The translations under genes and the position numbers were made by a program. Shown here one piece after another: positions 9,328 through 18,898 of a stretch of DNA of 64,000 nt (within the stretch, counting starts at the first letter, position 1; each line of letters opens with the position of its first letter). Where the stretch lies: the NCBI GenBank assembly GCA_045634005.1, contig JAZQZL010000018.1, positions 4,329-68,328 of the forward strand, given 5' to 3'. The stretch comes from Candidatus Flemingiibacterium sp. (GTDB lineage: Bacteria > Bacillota > Clostridia > Oscillospirales > CAG-272). The notes under the pieces are model-generated. The model did not search any database and was not told the DNA's origin. It saw only the letters and a program-made list of their open reading frames with translations.

Positions 9328-10200
9328 TTATTTACCTCCGATCATCTTGCATCTTCCGTTGAAGTTGTATTCATAGGACTGTCTGCCGCACATTCTTTCA
9401 AATGCCAAGGAAATTAAGGACAGAACAAGACCGTCGCCGTGGCATTCGTACACCTTGACATCTCCTTCGGCAAGATGCGCTGTTACCCAATGGCATGCTC
9501 CTACAGAACAGAATTCATCGAGAATTTCGGAAACTCGTTCTTCTTTTACTCCTGTATTCTTTGCAATATAGTCTGCCGTGAAACTTTCAGAGCAAGCGGT
9601 GGAATGAACATAATAAAGAACGGACAAAGCATCTTCACTCGACAAGAACTTGAAGATTTTAACGATTTCTTTTTTCTTATTCGAATCGTTCATCCATGCA
9701 AAATCAGCTTTGTTGCGGAGCATCATTACCGCCACGTTTACATTTTCGGAGCTTGCTACAAACTCAAAAAACTCATGAAGCGATATGTTAGAACGATAAA
9801 AATGCGATATCTCAGACGGAAAAACGTTTTCCCTATCATAAACATCATCACTATATTTAGAAACCGTTCCATACATAGCCGGAATAAGCGCTTTTACCGC
9901 TTCAAATGCTTTTAGCACAGATTCGCGGCGATCAAGCCCTTCAAACAAAGAGCGGATTTCTTCCGTCGTGCTTTGCTTTTTGTCCTCGGAAAGTCCGAGA
10001 AGCGTGTCGGTGGTGACACCATAATATTTTGCGAGTTCTACCACCATAGGAAGATCAGGCGTTGAAGCCCCATTTTCCCATTTGGGAACCGTTTTATTTG
10101 AAATAGATAGGCTTTGTGCCACATCTTCTTGTGTTACTCCCTTTGAAGTGCGGAGCTCCACCAATTTTTCTGCGATCTTACATTCGTACATATTTTTCAC
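9328..10200 (-). CDS. XRE-family HTH regulator, paralogue-like partner of the adjacent gene
   Basis: VTQEDVAQSLSISNKTVPKWENGASTPDL; stop lies 1 nt before the next start. Confidence 0.88.
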   Translation of the reverse strand: MKNMYECKIAEKLVELRTSKGVTQEDVAQSLSISNKTVPKWENGASTPDLPMVVELAKYYGVTTDTLLGLSEDKKQSTTEEIRSLFEGLDRRESVLKAFEAVKALIPAMYGTVSKYSDDVYDRENVFPSEISHFYRSNISLHEFFEFVASSENVNVAVMMLRNKADFAWMNDSNKKKEIVKIFKFLSSEDALSVLYYVHSTACSESFTADYIAKNTGVKEERVSEILDEFCSVGACHWVTAHLAEGDVKVYECHGDGLVLSLISLAFERMCGRQSYEYNFNGRCKMIGGK

Positions 10201-10401
10201 CTCTCGAAAAATTCAAGTTCCGGAGCTTGTGACTATATTATACACAAAACCAACGGTAGAGTCAACAGAGTGATATTTTATTATTTCTCCATTTCGGAGA
10301 ACAGAATATACAGCAATCAACCAATCGTAGTAAATAGCTTTTGTGTCCACAAAAGCAGTGCTTGTCAGGAAAAGAAGACGGACTGTCGGAACGCACAAAC
10401 C

Positions 10402-10527
10402 AAAGGCTCCCTTGTGCAAAGGGAGCTGTCACCAAAGGTGACTGAGGGATTGTTTTACGGTATAATTTTGCTTTTTACAATCTCTCCGTCTTGCTACGCA
10501 AGCCCCCCCCTTTACACAAGGGAGGCT
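10402..10527. repeat. Gene-less copy of the DUF559-flanking palindromic repeat pair
   Basis: aaaggctcccttgtgcaaagggagctgtc...tgagggattgt / acaatctctccgtc...ccctttacacaagggaggct. Confidence 0.88.
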
Positions 10528-10550
10528 CTTGACCATTACCGCCCGACAGT

Positions 10551-10595
10551 ACACCTAAAAGGTGTAACACATTATACCGTGCGCGCAAGCGTGTG
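10551..10595 (-). other. Putative MobV-type oriT
   Basis: ggtgtaacacattataccgtgcgcgcaagcgtgtg aligns with 52428-52464; minus strand TAATGTGTTA is one mismatch from the pMV158-family nic TAGTGTG/TTA. Confidence 0.7.
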
Positions 10596-10634
10596 AAAAG
10601 GAGTACGAACAAATTTGTTCGTACTCCTTTTGTC

Positions 10635-10710
10635 GTAGGGCGGGGCCTTGCTCCCGCCGGTTTATTAAATTCATGTTGATTGTAACGGCGGCACCAAGGC
10701 ACCGCCCTAC
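10635..10710. repeat. GTAG-type REP doublet (REPIN-like)
   Basis: GTAGGGCGGGGCCTTGCTCCCGCCG ... CGGCGGCACCAAGGCACCGCCCTAC (inverted). Confidence 0.8.
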
Positions 10711-10769
10711 AAGATTTCAGCAGGTAAAACCTGCTTTATGGAAGACACCCCTTCGGGTGGCTTTTTTAA

Positions 10770-11078
10770 TCAAAGAAGCGCCGCGATCTGATCTTTTCTG
10801 ATAAATCCGAGTGACTTATTTGTCATCTCACCGTTTTTGAATACCATTACGGTCGGGATGCTCATAATTCCAAACTGACGCGCCAGATCTTCCTCTTCGT
10901 CGACGTTCACCTTGCCGACCTTTACCTTGCCCTCGTTTTCCTCGGCGAACTTTGCAAGCTCGGGAGCGAGCATACGGCACGGACCGCACCAAGCCGCCCA
11001 GAAATCAACGACTACGGGAAGCTCCGACTTTAATACTTCTTCTTCAAAATTTGCTTTTGTGATAACTATTTCAGCCAT
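10770..11078 (-). CDS. trxA: Thioredoxin
   Basis: DFWAAWCGPC and IMSIPT motifs. Confidence 0.96.
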   Translation of the reverse strand: MAEIVITKANFEEEVLKSELPVVVDFWAAWCGPCRMLAPELAKFAEENEGKVKVGKVNVDEEEDLARQFGIMSIPTVMVFKNGEMTNKSLGFIRKDQIAALL

Positions 11079-11090
11079 TTTGAACCCTCC

Positions 11091-12740
11091 TTATATTTTA
11101 AAATATTGCTTACCAACGTTGTCAGACAAAAGCACCGCATCTACAGTTGCAAATGCAAGTGCGCCGTGTCCTTCCTCGAGGATACCGCTCTTGTCAAACA
11201 CCTTTTTAACAGTATCGTTCATAGCACAGAAAATTATACGTTTTCCGTCCTTGGCAAATTCGTCTGCCATTTCTCCGAGCGTTTCGACGGAGGTTATATC
11301 GATATCGGGAACCTCGCGGAACGATACGATAACCTCATCAAATGCGGAAAGCTCGCCGATCTTTACGGATAACTTACCGATATTGCCGAAGAATACGTCG
11401 CCAGTCACGTAAACTACAACTGCATTTCCGTGGCCCTCACCAAGCTTACCGCGTGCTGCAAGACGCTTCTCATCTACGTCAGACACGGTAACACCGAGAT
11501 GTGCCGCATTCTTTACAAACACCATAAGCGAGAAGATTATTCCGATAACTATCGCTATAGTGAGGTCGAATACAACGGTCGCGATCATAGTAATAAGGAA
11601 CTGAAGGATCGCTCCGACAAACTTCTTTTTAAATATGTACTTGATCGCGTGCCACTCATTCATACGCCACGCGGTAACCATAAGCACGCCTGCAAGTGCG
11701 GGCATAGGTACAAGCGCCATAACGTCGCCGAGAAGGAACATAGCCGCGAGAAGCCACACTGCGTGGAAAATACCGGTAAGACGAGTCTGTGCACCGGACT
11801 TTATAGCAACGCTTGTACGCGCGATAGCCGCAGTAGCAGGTACACCTCCGAAAAAAGGCATAAGCACGTTACCGATACCCTGACCGATAAGCTCGATGTT
11901 AGCGTCAAACGGCTCATTCTTCATTCTCGATGCAGATGCACCGCAAAGAAGGCTCTCGATCATACCGAGTGCCGCAACGGTAATGGCAGGTGAAATAAGC
12001 TTGCTTATCATATCCGTGCTGAATCCGTCAAAGGAAATACGGTCAGCAAGGAAGAGCGTTTTCGGAATCTCACCTACAGTTGCAACCCCGTCAAAACGGA
12101 AGATAACGTATACCACCGTAGCAACGATGATACCGATAAGCGAGGACGGAACCTTCGCATTCCACTTTTTTGGCCAGATTATCATAATTGCAACAACAAT
12201 AAGGCCAAGTAAAACCGACCAGAGATGCGGATTGAAGCCAAGCTCGCCATAAGAGATAAGCTTTGCTATGGCACCCTCACCCTCGGACGTAGTACCGAAG
12301 AAGTTGTCCACCTGACCGAGCGCGATTATGACCGCGATACCCGATGTAAAACCGGTGATAACGGGTCGCGGAATAAGCTTAACAAGACCGCCGAGCTTGA
12401 ATATGCCGCAAAGCAGCAGCAGAGCTCCTGCAATAAGACAAACCCAGAATACGCCGTTAAGACCGACCGTCGATGCAATTCCAATAAGCACCGCACTCAT
12501 AGCACCCGTAGGGCCGGATATCTGGAAGGATGCGCCAGAAAGAGCACTTATAACGATACCTGCGATTATCGCTGTAACAAGCCCCGATGCCGCAGTAGCG
12601 CCGCTCGCGACACCGAATGCAAGCGCAAGCGGAAGTGCAACAGCCGCAACCGTAAGGCCTGCAAGCAGGTCTTTAATAAGCTTCGAGCCGTTATATCCTG
12701 AAAATTCAGAACGAAGCATTTTTGCAAAATTCTTTATCAT
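11091..12740 (-). CDS. SulP-family anion transporter with STAS domain
   Basis: DLLAGLTVAAVALPLALAFG, QISGPTGA, ELIGQGIGN and FFGN motifs. Confidence 0.93.
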   Translation of the reverse strand: MIKNFAKMLRSEFSGYNGSKLIKDLLAGLTVAAVALPLALAFGVASGATAASGLVTAIIAGIVISALSGASFQISGPTGAMSAVLIGIASTVGLNGVFWVCLIAGALLLLCGIFKLGGLVKLIPRPVITGFTSGIAVIIALGQVDNFFGTTSEGEGAIAKLISYGELGFNPHLWSVLLGLIVVAIMIIWPKKWNAKVPSSLIGIIVATVVYVIFRFDGVATVGEIPKTLFLADRISFDGFSTDMISKLISPAITVAALGMIESLLCGASASRMKNEPFDANIELIGQGIGNVLMPFFGGVPATAAIARTSVAIKSGAQTRLTGIFHAVWLLAAMFLLGDVMALVPMPALAGVLMVTAWRMNEWHAIKYIFKKKFVGAILQFLITMIATVVFDLTIAIVIGIIFSLMVFVKNAAHLGVTVSDVDEKRLAARGKLGEGHGNAVVVYVTGDVFFGNIGKLSVKIGELSAFDEVIVSFREVPDIDITSVETLGEMADEFAKDGKRIIFCAMNDTVKKVFDKSGILEEGHGALAFATVDAVLLSDNVGKQYFKI

Positions 12741-12798
12741 TGGTCACACCTCAATTAAACGTTATAATGCGCCGATCTTGCAATCGGCGCATTTTTTA

Positions 12799-13869
12799 TT
12801 AGTCAACTTTAACGGTCCAGCCGAGAGTGTCGGGCTGCTTGCCCCACTGAATGCCGGTAAGGTTATCGTAAAGCTTCTGTGCGATGGTGCCGATCTCATT
12901 GTTATTGATGATCATCTTTTCGCCGCCGTTGTTAAGCTCGCCGATAGGGCTGATTACGGCTGCGGTACCGGTACCGAATGCTTCGTTAAGCTTGCCTGCC
13001 TTGTAAGCGTCTACTACCTCGTCGATGGAAAGACGGCGCTCGGTTACCTTGTAGCCCCAGTTCTTAAGAAGCTCGATGCAGGACATACGGGTAACGCCGG
13101 GAAGGATAGATCCTGCCTCGGTGGTAGGGGTGATTACCTCGCCGTCGATGACGAAGAATACGTTCATCGCGCCAACCTCATCGATGTACTTGTGCTCGAT
13201 ACCGTCAAGCCAGAGAACCTGCGCATAGCCGAGCTGCTCAGCCTTCTTCTGACCGATAAGCGAAGCCGCGTAGTTACCGCCGCACTTGGTGAAGCCCGTA
13301 CCGCCCTTGACAGCGCGAACGTACTCGTTTTCAACGAATATCTTAACGGGATTGATACCTGCAGCATAGTAAGAGCCAACGGGCGAGAGAATAATTGCAA
13401 AGAGATAATTTTTTGCAACGTGTACGCCAAGATGCACGTCAGTTGCGATGATAAACGGACGGATGTAGAGCGAGGTGCCGTCCTTTACGGGTACCCAATC
13501 CTTATCAACGTTGATAAGTGTCTTAAGAGCCTCGATGCAGTCATCAATGTCAACGTGAGGAATGCACATACGGTCGTTGGTACGGTTCATACGCTCAAAG
13601 TTCTTGTCAGGACGGAAGAGCTGAATCTCACCGGTAGGAGTGCGATATGCCTTAAGACCCTCAAAGATTTCCTGTGCATAGTGGAACACCATGGTAGCAG
13701 GGTCAAGTTCAAAGGGAGCATAGGGTACTATGCGAGCATCGTACCAACCCTTACCCTCGGTGTAATTCATCAAAAACATATGATCGGAGAAGAAGTTTCC
13801 GAAGCCAAGCTTGTCCCAATCAGGCTTTGCCTTGGGAGTAGTAGTTCTTTCAATTCTGATATCTATCAT
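12799..13869 (-). CDS. ilvE: Branched-chain amino acid aminotransferase
   Basis: HYAQEIFEGLKAY, YIRP, KCGGNY, ILPGVTR and GTAAVI motifs. Confidence 0.96.
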   Translation of the reverse strand: MIDIRIERTTTPKAKPDWDKLGFGNFFSDHMFLMNYTEGKGWYDARIVPYAPFELDPATMVFHYAQEIFEGLKAYRTPTGEIQLFRPDKNFERMNRTNDRMCIPHVDIDDCIEALKTLINVDKDWVPVKDGTSLYIRPFIIATDVHLGVHVAKNYLFAIILSPVGSYYAAGINPVKIFVENEYVRAVKGGTGFTKCGGNYAASLIGQKKAEQLGYAQVLWLDGIEHKYIDEVGAMNVFFVIDGEVITPTTEAGSILPGVTRMSCIELLKNWGYKVTERRLSIDEVVDAYKAGKLNEAFGTGTAAVISPIGELNNGGEKMIINNNEIGTIAQKLYDNLTGIQWGKQPDTLGWTVKVD

Positions 13870-14055
13870 TGTTATATCCTCCAAAATATATTACATTAAA
13901 AATATTATACACCTATATAACTGCTTTTGCAATATACTAAAGTGAATAAATTTAAAAAATTTTTTCTCTACTTTCGTACAAAATCGCATAAAGGTGCGTC
14001 TATGGGCAAAAATAGGTGCGTAGAACGCCAGACTTTAATTATTTCGGAGGTAAAA

Positions 14056-15348
14056 ATGAATAACAGCAACAATAGAAAAAATTTCGCTCGGATACTGTGT
14101 GCGCTGCTCGGCGCGCTCGTAATCATTGGCATCGCTGTACCCGTCAGCGCAAAAAGCTCACTCTCTCCCGCGCTTGACATTATAGCAGCCGAGTTCACTA
14201 TGGCTAAAAGCGGGCTTGTCGGCACGGGCATTTATTTCGAAAAGGAGGATTTCGCCGCGGCTCTCGGAATTGAGAACGTAGGGAAAATAACTATCGCTTC
14301 CCTTCCGGACGCCAGCCTCGGACGGCTTCAGCTCGGCTCACGGTACGTCGAGGTCGGTCAGACCATCTCCGAGCGCAACCTTGACTCGCTCAAATTCGTA
14401 CAGTACGGAAGCGGAGAGGTTGAAGCCTCGTTTAAATTTACCCGTGGCTCGGACATATACGGCACAGCGTACGAATGCGCGCTTTACACGCTCACAAGCG
14501 TCAACACCGCACCGGTAATTGAAACGGGTGCAAATGCCGCCAAGGGCGCGGCAACAGCCTACACTGGCATAGCTTATCTCGGCGCGCTCAGCGCTACTGA
14601 CCGCGAGGACGATTCACTCACGTTTGAAGTAATAAAAGCGCCCTCGAACGGTACTGTAAAGCTCACGGATAAAGCTCGCGGCTACTATGAATACACCTCA
14701 AACGACAAATTTGTCGGTGGCGACAGCTTCACAGTACGCGTAACCGATAAATACGGCAACCGCTCAACTGACACCAAGATAAGCGTTCGCGTTGAAAAGG
14801 TAAGCGAGAGCGAGGTGTACGCGGATATGAACGGACACTGGGCAAACTCTGCCGTAATTTCCTGTATTAAAGCCGGAGTTATCAGCGCGGCGCAAACGGG
14901 CGACAAGTTCTACCCCGACGCGTATATCAGCCGCGCGGAGTTCCTCGCACTTGCAATGAGTGCGGCAGGATATACGGGCTTTTCGACAAGCAATACAGGC
15001 TTTGAGGACGACGACGAAATACCGACAGATTACAAAGGCTATATAGCCGCCGCAAAGGCATTCGGAATTATCGACGGTATAGAAACCGACACCGGCCTCC
15101 GCTTCTATCCAAGCAACCAGATAACGCGCTGTGAGGCGGCAGTAATACTTTCACGCCTTACGGGTATCACGGGCGGCGCGGTGTCTGTATTCGCAAATGA
15201 AGCGATACCTGCGTGGGCAGAGGGAGCTATGGTCGGCCTCTATAACGCCGGCATACTTCGCGGTATGGGTGACGGCACGCTGGGTGCATACACGCCCATA
15301 ACAAGGGGAGCTGCAGCACAGCTCGTTTCGGGTATAATCGGCAGATAA
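14056..15348 (+). CDS. Secreted S-layer-homology protein with cadherin/Big-like domain
   Basis: Signal peptide; NTAP...ATDREDDSLTF...GGDSFTVRVTD; SLH motifs ISRAEF, ITRCEA, ITRGAA. Confidence 0.88.
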   Translation: MNNSNNRKNFARILCALLGALVIIGIAVPVSAKSSLSPALDIIAAEFTMAKSGLVGTGIYFEKEDFAAALGIENVGKITIASLPDASLGRLQLGSRYVEVGQTISERNLDSLKFVQYGSGEVEASFKFTRGSDIYGTAYECALYTLTSVNTAPVIETGANAAKGAATAYTGIAYLGALSATDREDDSLTFEVIKAPSNGTVKLTDKARGYYEYTSNDKFVGGDSFTVRVTDKYGNRSTDTKISVRVEKVSESEVYADMNGHWANSAVISCIKAGVISAAQTGDKFYPDAYISRAEFLALAMSAAGYTGFSTSNTGFEDDDEIPTDYKGYIAAAKAFGIIDGIETDTGLRFYPSNQITRCEAAVILSRLTGITGGAVSVFANEAIPAWAEGAMVGLYNAGILRGMGDGTLGAYTPITRGAAAQLVSGIIGR

Positions 15349-15355
15349 AAAATTT

Positions 15356-15379
15356 GAGGTGCACCGCTCGGTGCACCTC
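15356..15379. terminator. Bidirectional terminator between convergent genes
   Basis: gaggtgcaccg-ct-cggtgcacctc flanked by A/T tracts. Confidence 0.75.
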
Positions 15380-15386
15380 GTTTGTT

Positions 15387-16490
15387 TTATTTGATTTTTA
15401 TCGGGAGCTCAACTGTAAGTACAGTTTCTTCGCCATCAACATTCATAATAACCGTGGCCACTGCGGTGTATTTTCCGCTTGGTAGTCCGTTCATCTCCGA
15501 AAGTTCAGCAGCGAAGGTATCGGTGTACTTCACAGATTTACCAGCCTCGATAACGGCACTGTCCGAATAGGTAGACAGATTCGGTATAATATTCGCACCG
15601 GCTGCGGCAATCAGATCTATATCGCAGATGTATTCGGCTGTGACGTCAGTTTTGTTTGCGTTTTGAAGTGTAGCCGTAAGCGAAAGCGGCGCCTCAGGAT
15701 TGGCGTCAGCAAGCTTGTACGTACCGCGCTCGGATTTAAGCGTAAGCTTATATCCGTCCTGTGTGACCGACCGAGAGGTAGGCTGGGTTGGGATAAAGAG
15801 CGAATAATATCCTACGACAAGCATCGCAGCTATGATGAAGAATACCACGAGCATCACGATATGCCGTTTCGAAAGTATCGGCTTCACGTTTGTTTTAGGA
15901 ATAAAGCCAAGCTTCATAACGATCGGCACCATAGCGCCCATAAACATCACAAGAAGGAAGGCTTCCGCAGGAAACAGCGCGAGATTTTTCATTACACGCG
16001 GTATGGTCATAAACGCGTAGCTCTTTCCGTAAAAGATGTCGTAATACCACATCATAAGCGTGGGATTGATGATGAGATTGGTTATAGCTACAACCGAGAA
16101 TCGCGACAGTATAACGCGCGTTGCAGTCATATTTGAACGCCACAAAAAGAGCGCGAACAAAAGCGATCCGGATATCTCCTCAAATATGAAGGGAAAGAAA
16201 TACGCACCCTGCGGGAAGATAAGACATCCGAGCGTATCGCTTATCGCCGCCGCCACCATGGCTACCACCGGTCCGAATATCGACGCGCCAAGGGCGTTAA
16301 CAAAAAAGCCGACTGTGATGTTAAGGCTCGGTCCGACTGGAATCTGCACGGATTTCAGTGCAACTCTCACCGCAATAAGTATAGCCGCAATGCAAAGCAT
16401 ACGAATGTCGAAAAGCTGCATTGCAGCATCACGCCAATATGCGCACGAGAATGGATGCTTGTAGATAGGCTCGTTTCGTAAATCCTTCAT
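15387..16490 (-). CDS. folT: Folate ECF transporter S component with C-terminal extension
   Basis: FGPVVAMVAAAISDTLG..FPQGAYFFPF and PRVMKN motifs; THF riboswitch upstream. Confidence 0.85.
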   Translation of the reverse strand: MKDLRNEPIYKHPFSCAYWRDAAMQLFDIRMLCIAAILIAVRVALKSVQIPVGPSLNITVGFFVNALGASIFGPVVAMVAAAISDTLGCLIFPQGAYFFPFIFEEISGSLLFALFLWRSNMTATRVILSRFSVVAITNLIINPTLMMWYYDIFYGKSYAFMTIPRVMKNLALFPAEAFLLVMFMGAMVPIVMKLGFIPKTNVKPILSKRHIVMLVVFFIIAAMLVVGYYSLFIPTQPTSRSVTQDGYKLTLKSERGTYKLADANPEAPLSLTATLQNANKTDVTAEYICDIDLIAAAGANIIPNLSTYSDSAVIEAGKSVKYTDTFAAELSEMNGLPSGKYTAVATVIMNVDGEETVLTVELPIKIK

Positions 16491-16556
16491 AAAATAAAAA
16501 TACCTCCTTATAATGACATTCCGTATTGCCACATATAGGAGATATCTCCGTTATGT

Positions 16557-16655
16557 AACAGCGGGATGCGACCTTAGCACCGCAGATAAACATCTTTCGT
16601 TCCCAAGACAACTCCCCGTTCATGGGACACTTTACGCGCTATGATCTACTCTGTA
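16557..16655 (-). promoter_or_regulatory. THF riboswitch
   Basis: ACAGAGTAGA..GCGTAAAGTG..GAACGGGGAGTTG..AACGAAAG..CTGCGGT..CGCATCCCGCTGT matches the THF aptamer pattern; upstream of folT. Confidence 0.9.
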
Positions 16656-16824
16656 TTTGTTGTACCTCACAGTACAATACTATGATAACACATTATAAGA
16701 CAAAAATCAAGTGGAATTTAAGCAATAATATGAGACAATAACTCGCGCTTTCTGTGCAGTTTAACGCTATTTTAACACCAAAAAGCACCGTCTAAAAAAA
16801 GCAAAATATTTTTTCAAAAACCTA

Positions 16825-16853
16825 TTGACAAACGTGTCTGCTTGTGATATAAT
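16825..16853 (+). promoter_or_regulatory. Sigma-A promoter for tRNA-Met/Glu
   Basis: TTGACA-17 nt-TATAAT with extended TG. Confidence 0.88.
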
Positions 16854-16894
16854 ATTTAGGCATCGTGGTTGTAAAACGTTCACGAATGACATAT

Positions 16895-16971
16895 GGCGGA
16901 GTAGCTCAGTTGGCTAGAGCAACCGGTTCATACCCGGTAGGTCATGGGTTCAAGTCCAATCTCCGCTACCA
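16895..16971 (+). tRNA. tRNA-Met (CAU, elongator type)
   Basis: GGCGGAGTAGCTCAG...TTCATAC...CTCCGCTACCA. Confidence 0.93.
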
Positions 16972-16999
16972 TTTTTTCTCGGCCAATAGGTCGGGATAC

Positions 17000-17074
17000 G
17001 GCCCGTTGGTCAAGCGGTTAAGACACGGCCCTTTCACGGCTGTAACATGGGTTCGATTCCCGTACGGGTCACCA
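17000..17074 (+). tRNA. tRNA-Glu (UUC)
   Basis: GGCCCGTTGGTCAAGCGGTTAAGAC...CTTTCAC...GGGTCACCA. Confidence 0.96.
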
Positions 17075-17213
17075 AATAAAAAATCCACCCTTTATGGGTG
17101 GTTTTTTATTTGCTTATCTGTTTCGCAGAATCGAACCCTTCGAATTGCCGCTAAACAAACGGTTATCCGCCCGAGTATGCAATTCGTGCCGCCGCGAAGC
17201 TGCGGCAGGCGAT

Positions 17214-17239
17214 TTCCCGTACGGGTCACCAAATAAAAA
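17214..17239 (+). repeat. Duplicated 3' end of tRNA-Glu (26 bp)
   Basis: ttcccgtacgggtcaccaaataaaaa identical to 17057-17082. Confidence 0.92.
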
Positions 17240-17392
17240 CCATCCCTTGGCGTACCTGCGATAAAGCAGTATTTTACTTCTTCTTGATGTAAAGTACTGC
17301 TTTATCTTTTCAACAATGAATTGATAATTGTTTTTTGAGAAATGTATGCTATAATATAATTACACCGGTGATAAACTTTTTGGAGGTACAAT

Positions 17393-18499
17393 ATGAACAT
17401 TAAAATAGGTGCGATTATCAAAAAACTTCGCGCAGAAAATAATATTACACAAGACACACTTGCTACTGCCATAGGGGTAACACCTCAAGCGATATCTCGC
17501 TGGGAGTCTGAAGGCGGGTATCCCGATATAGAACTTCTTCCCGCTTTGGCGGACTTTTTCTCGGTCAGCACTGATGAACTTCTCGGATACAAAATATCGG
17601 AAAGAGAACAAGAGCTTGCAAACATCAAAAAAGAATTGCGCCGTTTGGCAGAAGTGGGAACGCATCAAGAAAAGCTTTCTTTCGCCCGAGATGCGTTTGT
17701 TAAATTTCCGAACGATTGCAAAATCAAAGTTTATCTTGCTGCCTGTTTGTCGGACGAATGGAGAATTACACACGAGGAATCACTGATTCATGAATCCGAA
17801 ACCCTCTGTTTATCGGTAATTGATGACTGCCGTGATGAAGATATACGTTATGAAGCAATTTTTACTTTAAGCAGCATATATAACGAATTGGGAGAAATAA
17901 AAAAAGCGAGAAGCACATTAGAATTGCTCTCGCCCATGAAGTACTGCCGTGAAACGGCTCTCGCTTGCGGAATTGGTGATGGAAATACAGAATTCTATAT
18001 TCAAGATGAAATTGATAAACTTACCGACAGCTTGGGATTGTCCATTCACAATCTTGTACTGCATGAAGATTTACCGGGCGATCCCTCTACTTGGGATAAA
18101 AAAATTGAAATGCTTACTATTTCCAATCGTCTTTATGAGACGATATATGGGGACAATCTTATGTTTTATCACACTCGCCTCTCCCGAAATTATTGGTTGA
18201 TCTCTACCTATAAGATTGCACAAACCAAAACGGAAGAAGCCATTGAAATTCTTGAAAAAATGTGTTATCACGCCATTGAATACGATAAAGCGTATATCAA
18301 TGATCATGGCAAATTTTTCACATCAATTCTTGTCGATAAATTGATTTATCCTGAACCAAACAAAGATTTTCACGAGTGCACGGAGCATACGGAATGCTAT
18401 CATATTCTCAAAAAAATGCAGCATCCTCGATATGATTGCATTCGTCAGGATCCTCGTTTCATTTCAATTATTGAAAAATTGAATCAGTATACAAAATAA
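17393..18499 (+). CDS. XRE-family HTH regulator with helical (TPR-like) C-terminus
   Basis: ITQDTLATAIGVTPQAISRWESEGGYPDIELLPALADFF. Confidence 0.88.
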   Translation: MNIKIGAIIKKLRAENNITQDTLATAIGVTPQAISRWESEGGYPDIELLPALADFFSVSTDELLGYKISEREQELANIKKELRRLAEVGTHQEKLSFARDAFVKFPNDCKIKVYLAACLSDEWRITHEESLIHESETLCLSVIDDCRDEDIRYEAIFTLSSIYNELGEIKKARSTLELLSPMKYCRETALACGIGDGNTEFYIQDEIDKLTDSLGLSIHNLVLHEDLPGDPSTWDKKIEMLTISNRLYETIYGDNLMFYHTRLSRNYWLISTYKIAQTKTEEAIEILEKMCYHAIEYDKAYINDHGKFFTSILVDKLIYPEPNKDFHECTEHTECYHILKKMQHPRYDCIRQDPRFISIIEKLNQYTK

Positions 18500-18529
18500 G
18501 TTATTCAGCCCCGCCTTGCGCGGGGCTTT

Positions 18530-18898
18530 GCTTTTGTGCCCACAAAAGCAGTGCTTGTCAGGAAAAATAGATGGGCTTTCGAGATGCACAAAGCAAAGGC
18601 TCCCTTGTGTAAAGGGAACTGTCGCAAAGCGACTGAGGGATTGTTTTACGATGACTTTTTGTTTTTACAATCTCTCCGTCACGGCAAGCCGTGCCACCTC
18701 CCTTTACACAAGGGAGGCTCTTTACTGCCCGACAGTACACCTGTAAGATATAACACACTATACCTTGCAGGGCAAGTAGTGTGAAAAGGAGTACGGACAT
18801 TTGTGCGTACTCCTTTTGTGTAGGGCGGGGATTTATCTCCCGCCGCTTTATTTGATTTAAACCGTTCGTAACGGCGGCACCAAGGCACCGCCCTACAA
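18530..18898. repeat. ~370-bp non-coding module shared with 10337-10712 (palindromic pair 18595-18719; REP doublet 18820-18896)
   Basis: Collinear similarity to the element A module. Confidence 0.92.
18737..18783 (-). other. Putative MobV-type oriT
   Basis: taacacactataccttgc (18751-18768) identical to 52432-52449; minus strand TAGTGTGTTA. Confidence 0.78.

Larger units (their letters stand above)
10337..10712. repeat. ~370-bp non-coding module shared with 18530-18898
   Basis: Collinear similarity from gcttttgtg.ccacaaaagcagtgcttgtcaggaaaa to cggcggcaccaaggcaccgccctacaa. Confidence 0.92.
8413..10753. mobile_element. Non-autonomous mini-element A (att-like ends + oriT + two XRE genes)
   Basis: Left arm gtacctgcgataaagcagattt (8418-8439) and inverted right arm (10727-10748, 17/22 match), each 3 nt from a TT core; removal restores terminator aaaaaaccaccc-tttc-gggtggctttttt. 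Confidence 0.8.

Noticed and set aside
10213-10702. Short ORFs in the element A module and similar ones at 18516-18914 (e.g. MPWCRRY...)
   Set aside because: They arise from palindromic repeats; frames are not preserved between the two copies and RBSs are lacking
8418-10748. Interpretation of mini-element ends as IS/MITE terminal inverted repeats with a CCCTT target duplication
   Set aside because: The arms are set back symmetrically 3 nt from a TT dinucleotide in both elements, which fits serine-recombinase geometry better; no DDE transposase remnant seen. Not fully excluded.
12328-13899. 523-aa plus-strand ORF
   Set aside because: Antisense shadow of ilvE and sulP; no recognisable motifs
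17214-17231. Possible third tRNA
   Set aside because: Only the 3' fragment of tRNA-Glu; no D or anticodon arm
16865-17236. 123-aa ORF
   Set aside because: Overlaps tRNA-Met and tRNA-Glu
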